A DNA stretch of 63,092 bases, filler included, from Reclinomonas americana ATCC 50394 (Eukaryota), in NCBI GenBank assembly GCA_048213135.1. It is 26 parts of 26 records of this genome, joined end to end, with 100 filler letters (N's around TTAATTAATTAA, not from the genome) between each part and the next. Parts side by side here need not be neighbours in the genome. Positions count along the whole stretch, not along the records: positions 1 to 1,627 come from AFZH01024777.1; positions 1,728 to 4,575 come from AFZH01024778.1; positions 4,676 to 5,873 come from AFZH01024779.1; positions 5,974 to 7,615 come from AFZH01024780.1; positions 7,716 to 10,553 come from AFZH01024781.1; positions 10,654 to 12,368 come from AFZH01024782.1; 20 more parts are not named here. One strand, written 5' to 3'. Shown here piece after piece: positions 1-11,816 of this stretch (position 1 is the stretch's first letter; every line of letters begins with the position of its first letter). The notes beneath the pieces are model-generated. The model was not told the origin of the DNA. It worked only from the letters and a program-made list of their open reading frames with translations, and made no database searches. A program made the position numbers and the translations under genes.

Positions 1-3
1 CAG

Positions 4-345
4 ATGGCCGCGGGGTTCCTGCGTGACATCGCCGGCGACCGCATCGAGGTCCGCTCGGCCGGATCCATGCCCGCTGACGCCATCAACCCGATCGCGGTCG
101 AGGCGATGGCGGAGCTCGGCATCGACATCACGGCGGAAGCGCCGAAGGTGCTCACGACCGAGGCCGTCCAGGCATCCGATGTCGTGATCACGATGGGGTG
201 CGGCGACGCGTGCCCGTTCTTCCCGGGTAAGCGCTACGAGGACTGGAAGCTCGACGATCCGGCCGGCCAGGGGATCGACGCGGTGCGGCCGATCCGCGAC
301 GACATCCGCAGCCGCATCGAGCAGCTGGTGAGCGAGCTGATCTGA
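4..345 (+). CDS. arsC: Arsenate reductase, LMW-PTP/thioredoxin-coupled type (5' truncated)
   Basis: QMA..., SAGS.P, INP.AVEAM.ELGIDI, VITMGCGDACP and DW.LDDP motifs; high-GC actinobacterial codon usage. Confidence 0.93.
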   Translation: MAAGFLRDIAGDRIEVRSAGSMPADAINPIAVEAMAELGIDITAEAPKVLTTEAVQASDVVITMGCGDACPFFPGKRYEDWKLDDPAGQGIDAVRPIRDDIRSRIEQLVSELI

Positions 346-467
346 CCGGCTGTCGTTCACGAAGATGGGTACCTACATGGGCGGCCAAGAGTAAACGGTG
401 CGCCAACTTGTATTGACATCTTCGCGAGATCCATTGGCGGCAGAGGCGCCGGGTTCGAGACTGGCTC

Positions 468-491
468 CGGGCATGGACGACACCATGCCCG
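468..491 (+). promoter_or_regulatory. Perfect 9-bp inverted repeat upstream of the phosphatase gene
   Basis: CGGGCATGG-acgaca-CCATGCCCG, about 25 nt before the ATG at 516. Confidence 0.35.
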
Positions 492-515
492 CGAAACCAA
501 CGTCTCGGAGATCAA

Positions 516-1627
516 ATGCCCTCGTATCGCAAGCGTGCAGTTGTGCTGACAACTGCGGCCGCATGCCTCCTGTCCCCGCTGGCGGCCGCGCCCGCCGTGG
601 CTGCCGCCGACGCGACCACCGTCAAGACCCTCGTGGTCGGCATCGACGGCGCATCGTTCGACTTCCTCGATGACGCGGACATGGCGAACCTCGACGCACT
701 CAGGGAGCGCGGCATGGTCTCGTCCAGCAACCTGTACGGCACGCCGCTGGCCGGCACCATCTCCGGACCGGGGTGGTCGACCATCGCCACGGGCGTCTGG
801 CCCGACAAGCACAACGTCGTCGACAACAACTTCACGGCACCTCGGTACGACCTCTACCCCGACTACCTGACGCGCATCGAGGCGGCGCAGCCGGAGCGCT
901 CCACGGCGGTCGTGGCGACGTGGTCCCCGATCGCGACCACGGTCTTCGGGTCTGCCGTGGACTCGCGGATCCAGGGCGGCAACGATGTCGGCACGACGGC
1001 CAAGGCGGTCGAGGCGATCGCGGGCGGCGCCGACGACGTGTTCGTGCACCTCGACGAGGTCGACGGCGCAGGGCACAGCACGGGCACGAACGGTGCCGCG
1101 TACGCACAGGCACTCGCGAAGGCGGACGGCGAGATCGGCGAGATCCTCGCCGCGGTCGATGCCCGCCCTGCGGATGAGGAGTGGACCATCGTCGTCACGG
1201 CGGACCACGGCCACACTCCGACCGGTGGTCACGGCGGAAGCAGCCCGGCCGAGCGCAAGGTGTTCGTGATCGCGGCGGGACCCGGCATCGAGCCCGGTGT
1301 GCGCCACGACGTCAAGATCACCGACGTCGCCCCCACCGTCCTCTCCACCGTCGGCATCGCCGCGGATCCGGCCTGGGCGCTCGACGGCACGGCCGTATCG
1401 GACCTCGCGCCCGATGATTTCGACGCGCTGCGCCCCGAGCTGCAGACCCGCGCGGACGAGACCCGCCCCGGAGCGGATGTCCTCGGCTGGACGCACGCGG
1501 CACCGGAGGGGTGGAGCATCGACAACTCCCTCATGCCCTCCGGCGGCGTGAGGGAATGGGCCGGCTGGTCCTTCGCCACCGACGACTTCTGGACCAACGT
1601 CGAACTGGGGCAGCGTCGGGAGACGTC
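516..1627 (+). CDS. Secreted alkaline phosphatase / nucleotide pyrophosphatase superfamily protein (3' truncated)
   Basis: Signal peptide; VVGIDG, TISGPGWSTIATG (nucleophile region), DEVDGAGH and TADHGH metal motifs. Confidence 0.88.
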
Positions 1628-1727
1628 NNNNNNNNNNNNNNNNNNNNNNNNNNNNNNNNNNNNNNNNNNNNTTAATTAATTAANNNNNNNNNNNNNNNNN
1701 NNNNNNNNNNNNNNNNNNNNNNNNNNN
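1628..1727. other. Artificial contig linker (first of 25 in the window)
   Basis: N-run + TTAATTAATTAA (stops in all six frames) + N-run, repeated at every contig junction. Confidence 0.99.
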
Positions 1728-1958
1728 CCTACCCCTTCCTACACACACTCTCTCTCCTCTCTCCTCCTCCTCCCTCCTCTCTCTCTCTCTCTCTCTCCCT
1801 CTATGGGAAAGTAATACACTCACACACGCTTGAACACACTCGCACACACACACGCACACACACATTCACAACCTTCACTCTCCTTCACTTCTCCTCCTTC
1901 CCCCCTCTCCCCTTCCCCCTTTCCCCTTCCTCTCCACCCACTCCCTTCACCCCCCAGG

Positions 1959-2747
1959 CTACTTGAAGGAGCTGAGCGACGCGGAGGTTGCAGCACTGGT
2001 GAGCACATTTTTCAGCGCGGGCCCGCTGATTGCAATTTCGAGACCTCTCACTCACTCTCCATCATTCTCTCACACAGCACGCCCCCGGTCGCGACTCGCT
2101 TCACAGCAGCGCCTCCAAGCGGGAACGGCGGTCGGCTCCGCGACCGCCGCCCTCCTCGTCAGCAGCCAGTGCGGCGGCCATGGGCGCGGCCATGGGACTG
2201 AGCTCGCACGATGGTGCGTCGCCACGCAACGATCACTCGTTGTCGCCACCGCGCTCGCGTGGCGGGAACAGCAGCAGCAGCACGGCGGGTCTGTCCAGCA
2301 CGTTCCGCGGCACTCCGCCATCGTCTGCACGCGATTTGGTACGCCATGTCAAGCCGATATTGGTTGCCAACAATCATGTTCGTGTACTAAGCAGAAGCCG
2401 TCGTTTTTTTTTTGTGGTCGTAGGGTTCTGGCAATGGAGGCGGTCTGCCATCGGTGGAGCGCGACACGTTTACGGAGCTGGTGTCGGACTTCCGACAGCG
2501 CCTAAAGACGGTGATGGAGGAGCGTGAGGATGCCTTCCGCAAGCTCGAGTCGTCCATCTCCTCCACCTCCAAGGAGATTCAGATGTGCCAGGAGCGCAAC
2601 GGCAAGCTGACGCAGCGCATTATCGAGCTCGACAATTGGATCGAGGAGGAGCGGCAAAAGTGGAAGGATCAGCTGGAGGCGGAGAAGAAGAGCCTCAAGC
2701 TCAAGAACCTCACCACGTTCTCCTCGTTTGCGCCGAAGTTCCCGTGA
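1959..2747 (+). CDS. Eukaryotic spliced gene, last exons; C-terminal coiled coil
   Basis: GT-AG introns at about 1999-2077 and 2339-2423; heptad-rich last exon ending ...FAPKFP*. Confidence 0.65.
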
Positions 2748-3448
2748 GTGGCGGCGGGGGTGAGAGTGTGAGTGAGTGAGAGGCATCATGTCGTATTCTT
2801 TGTAAAACTGTGCTTTTTTCTTTTTCCTTTCTCATTCTCGCAGCGCATCATCTTATTCTTTGATGAAGCATCGCTGCCATGCGAAATTGGTTTGTATGTG
2901 CCTGTTCTGTCTCTGCACCAGGGTTAATAGACAGTGGCGACTGCAGGTTCTCTGCCACGGGCTTGAGACAAGGACGGCGTTTTGCCCTTGCCGCACAATC
3001 TACGGTAGATTCACACTGCAGCTGCGGGGTACCTTTTTTGTGCGATCGCGAAAACGAATCTGCAGGCATTCGTCATGTTGTCTTGCCTCGGGCCGTGGTA
3101 TAGAAACGACATCCCTCGCGTGTGCTGCATCATCTCCTCCTGACCGGCAGTTCTTCTTGCAGTTGCATTCTCTTCTCAATTCTTCATGGAGAAGTGCAAA
3201 TGAGATGCCTTTTTCAGCTTGTCACTCTCGCTTTGCGCCTGGCTCCCCTTGACACTTCTTTTCCCCCTGTCCCTCTCGCTGTTCGTTCCTCTCGTGAGCA
3301 CTGTAGACAGCGCTTGCATAAACCAACAGTTCCGCTTGATTATGCGAATCGAATCGCATCAATCGCCAGCCAGATTCGCCTCATCGCATTCTTTCTTTCT
3401 CGTCGTTGAGCCAAGGTTGCCACCTTACAAACAAACAAACAAATCATC

Positions 3449-3743
3449 ATGAACCCTGAGGACTTTGCCCCCCCTGTCGATGGTGCGTCCATTATGCTCA
3501 TGCCTTGCTGTGCGTCCGCCCAGTGACTGACTTTGTCTCTTCTCCATGCAGCGTCGGCTGAGTTCAAGACTGGCTGGGAGAGTGGCCTGCACCCGCGCAC
3601 GGGCGCATGGATGTTCCACATGCCCAGCGTTGCGTCTCTTCCCCCTCCTTTTCTCATGTTCTCTTCTCGCTCACCTCTGCTTCTACGTACAGGAGCAATA
3701 CGCTGAGGGCTTCTTCGCGGCCAAGAGCGCTGCGGGCTGGTAA
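3449..3743 (+). CDS. Three-exon 53-aa small protein
   Basis: Exons 3449-3482, 3552-3628 and 3693-3743 join in frame: MNPEDFAPPVDASAEFKTGWESGLHPRTGAWMFHMPSEQYAEGFFAAKSAAGW*; A-rich context before the ATG. Confidence 0.65.
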
Positions 3744-3981
3744 TCGCTTGCCATGAAGTAGGCACCCTCCTCCGCCTCTCCCACGAGTGTGTTGGAGTGT
3801 ACGTACGGGCTGCGTGCCTTTTGGTGCAAGTCACCGCCACCACCATCTATCTTTTTTCCGTGTTTTTTCGATTGTGTGCGTCCTTTCTATAATCCGCGTT
3901 GTGCGCGGGGACGCCACGTGATGAAGCCGCTGATTGTACTTCTGGGAATTGTGTAACATGCAAACAACAACTAAAAGGGGA

Positions 3982-4400
3982 TTATCTGGCGGGAGGGAGG
4001 GGTGCCAGGTGCATGGATTCGAGCGCGCGCATGGCCTCCTCCATGCTGCACACAAAAGATGAGAAGGTGTGGCAACAACAGCAAAGCAACAAACAACGTA
4101 CGTTGGTCTCTGGGTCGGGTCGTACTGCAGGCAGTGGACCATGAGCTGAATGAAATCGGGCGGCAGCATGGTTCCGCTCTCCTTGTCGGCCAGTTGTCGC
4201 ATGCGCTCGCGTGACACGCTGAGTGCCAGAGTGCCTGCGCGTTTGTTTGCGTAAGTGATCGAGAAGCGACGAGGCTACAATACAAGCGGTGGACGCACCG
4301 ACTGCCAGCTGATGCAGCACCGACATTGGATTGAGATCGGTGAACGGGCGTTGCTGGTGGGCGAGTTCCCACAGTACCACGCCGAAACTCCACACATCGG
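3982..4400 (-). CDS. Protein kinase C-lobe (TKL-like), last exons
   Basis: DVWSFGVVLWEL..QRPF..LNP and CLQYDPTQRPT across GT-AG introns. Confidence 0.85.
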
Positions 4401-4538
4401 CTGCGAGAAAGGGGGCAAGTGAGGCACCGGGCGGTATGGCTCTCGCGCCTGCTTCCGAGTGCAGAATTCCCAGCTCTCCCCTGGCGCTTCCAGCACGTTC
4501 CTTGCCTGTACTCTCTCTCTCTCTGTCCCCGCTCAGCT

Positions 4539-4575
<37 letters not shown>

Positions 4576-4675
4576 NNNNNNNNNNNNNNNNNNNNNNNNN
4601 NNNNNNNNNNNNNNNNNNNTTAATTAATTAANNNNNNNNNNNNNNNNNNNNNNNNNNNNNNNNNNNNNNNNNNNN

Positions 4676-5263
4676 CAGCAGTACCACCACTTTCAGCACC
4701 AGTTGCCTCCACATCCTCCTTCTCAGCAGCAGCAGCAGCAGCACCATCAGCAACATCATCATCTGGCTGTCCATCCGCAGTGGCCGACGTCCGCGCGCAG
4801 TGCCGGATCGCACGGTGGCGAGTCGATGGTCAGTGGCACCTCAAGCGCCTCTCACTCGCAGACCGGCACGCCGCCACTCTCGCCGACGCCGTACGCGATG
4901 GATTCGCTGCAGCACCAGCTTCAACGCACGTCGTTGGCCCCGTCGGCGCACAACGGTAACGGCCACACGCCTCCGCCTCCAGCGCCATTCACGCTGCCTC
5001 CCGCCGTACCGTCAGCAGCCGCTCCACTGGCCTCGCCGGACGATGCCACGGACCTGTTCACCATGACGGGAGATGATTTTAGGTTGGTGGTGGGAGGGTG
5101 CTATCCTTGCACTCGACTCTTACTCACGAAATTGGCTCGTTTTCCACTCAACAGTGCGCTGGACCGTGAGGTGCTGCCGACGTCCGGGAGCCAAACGCGT
5201 CTGAGCGAGATCAAGCATCACCATCGACTGCAAGTGTTTCACCACTTGGCCACGCACGATTGA
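4676..5263 (+). CDS. Low-complexity protein C-terminus ending in an RLxVF motif (possible tristetraprolin-like)
   Basis: Q/H/P/S-rich exon, intron at about 5083-5154, terminal HHRLQVFHHLATHD*. Confidence 0.4.
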   Translation, partial: QQYHHFQHQLPPHPPSQQQQQQHHQQHHHLAVHPQWPTSARSAGSHGGESMVSGTSSASHSQTGTPPLSPTPYAMDSLQHQLQRTSLAPSAHNGNGHTPPPPAPFTLPPAVPSAAAPLASPDDATDLFTMTGDDFRLVVGGCYPCTRLLLTKLARFPLNSALDREVLPTSGSQTRLSEIKHHHRLQVFHHLATHD

Positions 5264-6349
5264 CGCGCGTCTCTTCTGTTGTTGTTGTTGTCGACTGTGC
5301 ATATGTTTGTTTGTTTGTTGTTCAAATATCTTCATTCGTTTACTTTCGTGTGTGTGTTTTTTTCTTTGCGTGTCTGTGTGTGTGTTGCAAGACCGAGCGT
5401 AATGGTTGCTCATACGAGGTGGGGTTGTGGAAAGCAAAGAGGCGAGAGTGTGTTTTGTTTTTGCCCAGAAGCTCGCAGGAGAGTGAATGTGGAATCCACC
5501 CGCCGTGATGAAAAAGGGATAGGGGACAGGGGGAATATAAGGCAAAGGAGGGAGGCGAGGGAAAAAGCGAAGAGTGACTGATATTCAGGGAGTAAAAGTA
5601 GGTGACGACGGACGACCGAAGGGGCGAGAGAGAGAGAGAGAGACAGAGAAAGAAAGAAAGAGAGAGAAAGGACACAAACAAAAAAAAGGGACGCGTGCGA
5701 GGGATAAATCCCAGATGAAGTGAGGAAGTGACAGCAACAGTTGAAAAGAGGCACACAATAAGAGAGACAACGAGACAGCACAAAGGAACAAGTGAGCTAC
5801 TTCTCCCAAGAAGCCGGTCAAGCACGAATCCTGTTTTACGCACATTCTCTCTCTCTTTTTTCTCTATGCTGGCNNNNNNNNNNNNNNNNNNNNNNNNNNN
5901 NNNNNNNNNNNNNNNNNTTAATTAATTAANNNNNNNNNNNNNNNNNNNNNNNNNNNNNNNNNNNNNNNNNNNNGGGGAAGACGGAAGGGGGGCAAGACAG
6001 AAGGGGAAGATGGAAGGGGGAAGATGGAAGGGGGAACATGGAAGAGGAAAGAGGGACGGGGGAAGGAGAGGAAGAAGGAAGTAGAGAAGGCGGGAAAACA
6101 GAACGGGGAAAGACGGAAGAAGGAAGGAATGTGGGGAAGAAACACGAGGGAAGGGGGAAGACGAAAATGGAAAAAGTGGAGCGAGTCAGAGAGTGGTGAA
6201 TGGGACAAGAAGGAAGCAAGGCAACAACGGAACAGCGGAAGACAATGGGAAGAGAGAGGGTCGCAGAAAAGGCACACCTGATGCAAAATCTCCATCCATC
6301 GGCACTGCCACAAATCGTGAACAATCACATCTCAGACATCGCCTCTCTT

Positions 6350-7500
6350 GTGTCAGCGCCACTCACCTCCCAATAACTCCAGTGGTAGCCCCGGCGGAGG
6401 CGGTGGAGGTGGCGGTGGCGGAGGCACGAACATGGATGGCAGGTCGACTGTGCAAGAGAATGAGTGAAATTCCAGGCGGCGAGTCAAGCAAATCACGCAC
6501 CGCCATCCAGCGGTGGCGCATCGGGAAGCAAAAAGGGCGGAGGCGGTGGTACTGTGTGCATCCACTGACAGATGAGCCGCGTTCTTCCATATTTCCCACT
6601 CCTCGTCGCACTCACCTGGCATGGAAGCCATCGACATTGCCGGAGCGATATCATCGCCCAGAACCGGCGGCAAGGCAGCTGCGTGAGGGGGGTGAGTAAT
6701 CCAAAAATAAAAGCAAAACACGCCATCACCAGCTACCGAGAAGCTGCAGACCTGGAGGATTCAAACCTGTGTCGTACATGCACACGCGCTCACTCGACTA
6801 TCAACAATAGGATGCGCGTCATGTCACTCACCAGCGAGATTCAGAATCGGCACACCGGGATTGGCCGCCGCAACCGGAGTCTCCATCATGATAGGAGGCG
6901 GTGGTGGTGGCGGCGGCTGGGGAGGAGTCGGCAGAGTCACGTCCGCGCCCGGCAATAACAACACGGGCACAGCGATCGGCGCCACCGCCTCAACCCGCAA
7001 CGCAGGCACGGCGACCACCTTGGCCGACTTTTCGCTGCCTGCGGTCGACGAGGGCGCACGCTGCGGTAGCCGCACGCCGACCAGCGACGACGAAAACTCC
7101 TCCCACCGCTCGTCGTCCTCCTCGGCCGCCTTTTCGTGAAACGCTCGCATGACACTCATGCCGCGGTAGCGCGCGGCAGTCGTACCGAGCGTCTCGTGCG
7201 TCGTGGCCCCGGTGACCGCGGAGAGCGAGCGCGGTCGCGTGTCACCGCCACCGACCGAGAGGGTGGTGGGCGTGGATGTCGGTGCAGGTGGAGGTGGTTG
7301 CGAAGGTGCTGAATTGTGGGAGTTGGCACGCAGCTGGTCGCCTCCACCCTCATCCTCGTCCTCATCGTCCATGTGCGCCGACAGCGGCGACACATCGTAG
7401 CCCCACACGCGCTCGGCGACAATGTCCTGCGAGAGAATCCAGTTCTGCGGCACTGGCGCCTCGACCGAGGGTGTGGCCGGTCGCTGGGTGCGCGAGGCGA
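6350..7500 (-). CDS. Hypothetical spliced protein fragment (Pro-rich/acidic)
   Basis: Long coding-like ORF 6824-7597 flanked by GT/AG sites; no family motif; boundaries approximate. Confidence 0.5.
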
Positions 7501-8072
7501 ACGACAGGCGGTGTACTGCGTGACGAGGAGAAGGGATGAGCGAAGAAGAGAGAGAGAGAGAGAATAAACAATGTGATCCACACCTGGGGCATGCCACAGT
7601 GGCACACCGGCCTTGNNNNNNNNNNNNNNNNNNNNNNNNNNNNNNNNNNNNNNNNNNNNTTAATTAATTAANNNNNNNNNNNNNNNNNNNNNNNNNNNNN
7701 NNNNNNNNNNNNNNNAGGCGGAGGCGCCATTGGGGATGATGCCTGGGAGGGAGATGGTGTGGAGGAGGACAGCTTGCCAGTGCCACGCATGGCGCGTGGG
7801 CGCACCGGCGTGCCAAGCTCGTCGCTGTGCATGTGTGTGCGTCTGTCAGAGTGCAGAGGAGAGGCGGGGGCGAGAAAGTGAGCAGCGAGAGATCGATGGC
7901 AAACCTCGGCTGTGAGTCGCTCACTGCCGCTGGCGCGGGAGACGACATGGTTTTTGCACGTGCGTGGTGTGCGCTCCCGATCACCCTCCCTTTCGTTGTG
8001 TGAACTGACTGGCAGACTGGGACGTGAAGTTTGTGTGTTAGGGGCACTTTGATGAGACGACAACGTCGCAAT

Positions 8073-9189
8073 TCAATCGTCATGTCTCAATGGCTCGTCG
8101 ACCTCGCCGTCTTGCGTTTCTGTAAGCTCGTCGTCAGCATCTCCATCCTTCTCCTCTTCTTCTTCCTCCTCGTCTTGATCTTCCTCTTCCTCGTCCTCGT
8201 GTTGCGGACCGTCCTCGGCAAGACGCACTTTCGGCCGGTTGGTGTCCTTGAGCTTGCGATCGCGGCGTACGTGTACTCCATGTGCCAGGCGCGCTGCGAC
8301 ATCCGCGTGGGAGACGACAATGTCGCCGATAAGGTCAATGTCGAACGCCTCGGGGTGCATGCGCATGTCGTCCACGGCTGGCGCACCCTCAAACGACTCG
8401 GGGTGCATCATCAAGGCCAGGACGGCTTCGCGCTGCGCCTTGCGATCCGAGCGCATGGAGCGTCCGGAGTTGGAGCGCGGGGCGTTCTTGAGCCGGTCGC
8501 GCAGGGCAGCAGCAGCTTCGGCACCGGTCACGTAACGCCGTTGGCCACCGGAGCTCCCGTCGTCATCGCCCAGTGACGACGAGCTGCGAGAAGAGGATCC
8601 GCGCGACACCGAGGTCGGCACCTGTAGTGTGATGGAGCCTTCGGTGGGTGTGACCGTTCGTGAAGCGGAGCCCGATTGCCGCTGCGAGGTGACGCCTCCT
8701 TTTCCCGTCGAGGTCCAGCTGCCGACAGTATCCAACGCAAAGAAGTGGGTGCTGCCCTGCAGGAAACCACCGTTCTGTGCGCACACGCGGTGCACAATTC
8801 AGCGCACGGCAAGCAGGCTGCAACGACCATGATGTGACACGTACTTGTCGCAAGAGTGGTGGACGTGAGCCATTCGAAAGCGGTGCCGATTCGCTGGAGG
8901 AGACTGACGATGCGCGCTGTCGACCATCGGTCAGCGGTGGAGGCGCTTCAGTGGAGAGCCACAACGATCTGTTGACTGCTGTTCCGGGGTTGGGCTGTGT
9001 AGATTCCGATCCTTCTTCGGGTACTGCAACGTTGGAAGTTACACACATCTGTGAGTACGCAGACTGCAAACGGTGGTGTGCACAAAGTGGGCACCTGGCA
9101 CAGGCACTGGTATGGGTTCGTCGTCCATGTCCTGCAAAATGTGCACTGAATGTGAGCGACTTACCGGTGGACCGCATTCGCATGCTTCA

Positions 9190-9249
<60 letters not shown>

Positions 9250-10553
9250 AGCGATACGCACACTCAGTTCCGCCAATCGTCGAGCCAGTGCTTGCTCGCG
9301 GCCGCCACCGTAGCGCTCAGTGAGCTTGTGATGCAATGGACCCTGCGTTCGCCACGTAAGGGGAGCGCACGCCGAGTACAAACACAACCATACAGTCGAG
9401 AGTGTACCAGTGCTGACACGTGACTGAGGGCGTCGCCACGCGACGATGACATGATCGAGGTCGACATGTCGTCATCGTCGCCGTCCACCGCAGTGGCGTC
9501 GGCGTCCGACACATTCAGCCACGAGTGTTCGAGCAACTCCAGCGCCGACGGCCGTTGCTCTGGATCTTTGCACAACACACTGCTCATGCGCACGCGTTAT
9601 GCACGGACTGTGTGGACAATATTACGTGTAGGCGACAGACCTGCGAAGAAACTGGACGGCATCGGGGGATATCGTCGAGTCCTCGGGAAACTGCGGCTCC
9701 GTGTCGCGAATCTGCTTGGCCAGCGCCAGCGGCGACGGGCGCCATGGACATCGGCCATACAGAAGCGCATACATTGTGACGCCAAAAGCCCACACATCGC
9801 ACGCCGGACCGAGCACTGGTTGGCCTGTTGCGCGGTCATTGGTGAGCGAACTGCGCACAAGTTCAGTGCGCAAAGAGGTGCACGTACCAGACAGAGCCTC
9901 TGGTGCGATAAACATGGGGGTGCCGCAGTCCATGCGAACCGGCTCGTTTGGCGCAATGAAGCGCGCCGATCCAAAGTCACCGATTTTCACCCGCGAGGAT
10001 TCGCTGACGAGGAGATTTTCGGGTTTGATGTCGCGGTGCACAACACACGCCGTGCCATTGTTGTGCAAGTACGCCAGTCCACGAAGCACGTCCTGCGCAC
10101 AACGACGCACACTCGATTCGTCGAGACGCGGGGTCACCGGCAGCGCGACACCATCGTCATCCAGTCGCATCAACGGACCCTTGCCCATCAGCTCCATTAC
10201 CAGGTACACGGTGCCGTCGACCACCTCCAGAACCTCGCACAACTGTCAACAACAACAAGTGAGTACCACAGAACGTGAAGAGCATGCGGAGTAGGGGATC
10301 AACAGTGTGGGAGGTGACGAAACCCGAACAACGGATGAGTGTCGCAGTGAGCGGAGAAGTTGTATCTCGCGCTTCACGTCGTGATGTGTTGTCAGGCCGC
10401 GACTCGCCATGAAACGGTCTCTCTTGCAGACTTTGATTGCCTGCGCCACATGTCAGCAATCATATATGTGTGCATGTGCGTGCGCGTGTTGAAATGGATG
10501 AACGCAACTCGGGACTTGCCAGTGTGTGAATTAACAGCGTACCACACCTCCCC
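8073..10553 (-). CDS. Ser/Thr protein kinase (CaMKK-like) with long C-terminal tail, multi-exon, 5' truncated; allele A
   Basis: AIKV, EIQLLRSLRH, HRDIKPENLL, DFG, GTPMFIAPE, DVWAFGVTMY, KDPEQR. Confidence 0.9.
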
Positions 10554-10723
10554 NNNNNNNNNNNNNNNNNNNNNNNNNNNNNNNNNNNNNNNNNNNNTTA
10601 ATTAATTAANNNNNNNNNNNNNNNNNNNNNNNNNNNNNNNNNNNNNNNNNNNNGCGACGGAATGGTGGCGGCAACTTGGCACCACTCCGCCCGGATGTGA
10701 ACCCGGGCGAAGTGGTTAGCGCG

Positions 10724-11518
10724 TCAAAGCGCGCGAAGGATCGCAGCTTCGACTGGCGAATAGAGGCCGCCCTCGCGGTCGAGGCTCAGTGGCTCGCGCG
10801 GCAGCAGCGGCGGCTGGGCCAGAAAACGCGGCATTGTGCCGCGATGCGGCTGCGCGCAATGCACCAGGAAGGGATGGCAGAGATAGACCGTGCCGGCCTG
10901 CCCGGTCGCCAGCACCTCATCGCGCCCGGCGCTGCCGGCGAAGCCGTCGGCCGCCAGTTCGCGCAGCGATAGTCCCGCTTCTCCTGCCGGCGCGAGCTGG
11001 CGGGCGATATCATGATGCGAGCCCGCCCTTATGCGCGTCGGCGCATCCTCCACGCCGACATCCGAAAACAGGAAGAGCATCAGCAGCGCCCTGCCCTTCG
11101 AGGCGAGGTTGACGCGCCAGTTCATGAAATTGGGATCGTCGAAGCCGAAGCTGACATCAACGTGCCAGCCGGTATCGCCCGGGTCGTCCGCAGAAGGAAA
11201 ACGCACCGGGAAGGTGCCCATGGCCCGGCAGGGCAACCAGCGCCCCGCGCCGACCAACTGGTCGAAGGCAGAATGCAGGCGTGGCGTGTTAGCCGCTGCG
11301 ACGAAGGGCGCGTCCGTGTACATGCCGAGCCGGATCACCGGCCTGGTCCAGCTCGCCGGGTCGCTCGGATCGCAGCCGAGATCGCGCCAGAGGATGGCGC
11401 GAACCTCCTCGGCGAGTGCGGGCGGGAAAGCGCGGTCGAGGCGGACGAAGCCGCGCTCGACGAAATGGGCGATCTGCGCGTCGTCGAGCGCGCGCGCACC
11501 GAATTCAGGATGAGTCAT
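10724..11518 (-). CDS. Phytanoyl-CoA dioxygenase family (Fe/2OG) protein
   Basis: F.ERGFV.L N-terminus, WHVD (HxD), T.I.AGSH, G.AGTVYLCHPFLVH. Confidence 0.88.
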   Translation of the reverse strand: MTHPEFGARALDDAQIAHFVERGFVRLDRAFPPALAEEVRAILWRDLGCDPSDPASWTRPVIRLGMYTDAPFVAAANTPRLHSAFDQLVGAGRWLPCRAMGTFPVRFPSADDPGDTGWHVDVSFGFDDPNFMNWRVNLASKGRALLMLFLFSDVGVEDAPTRIRAGSHHDIARQLAPAGEAGLSLRELAADGFAGSAGRDEVLATGQAGTVYLCHPFLVHCAQPHRGTMPRFLAQPPLLPREPLSLDREGGLYSPVEAAILRAL

Positions 11519-11649
11519 TGATGGACGTCTTTCGAGATCGGCCAGCCGAGACGCCCGCCGCGCGGGCAGGCTGGCAAGGGACCTTCGGACGCAAGGCGCG
11601 TCCGTTTGCGGAGCCGGGGCGCGAAACGCGCGTCAGGCCCGAAGTTAGG

Positions 11650-11682
11650 TCAGGCGAGATCGAAGACGGCGAACATCATCAT
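11650..11682 (-). CDS. Putative leader peptide MMMFAVFDLA
   Basis: 10-codon uORF between a sigma70-like promoter and a hairpin-rich leader of the dioxygenase. Confidence 0.6.
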   Translation of the reverse strand: MMMFAVFDLA

Positions 11683-11691
11683 GGCACCGGC

Positions 11692-11720
11692 AGTATCGCA
11701 GCCGCGCCCTACCCGATCAA
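11692..11720 (-). promoter_or_regulatory. Sigma70-like promoter
   Basis: TTGATC-N17-GATACT on the minus strand, 9 nt before the uORF ATG. Confidence 0.6.
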
Positions 11721-11816
11721 CCCGCGAGCGGGAATCTGAGCCGAAAGGCGCGCTGGCCAAGCCGGCGGCAGCGCTGCAACGATGCGGGCCTTCCCGGATT
11801 CGGGCCCGAAGATTGA

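Noticed and set aside
350..400. Actinobacterial PHO box (GTTCAC) upstream of the phosphatase
   Set aside because: Only one good half-site; no clear 11-nt periodic repeats
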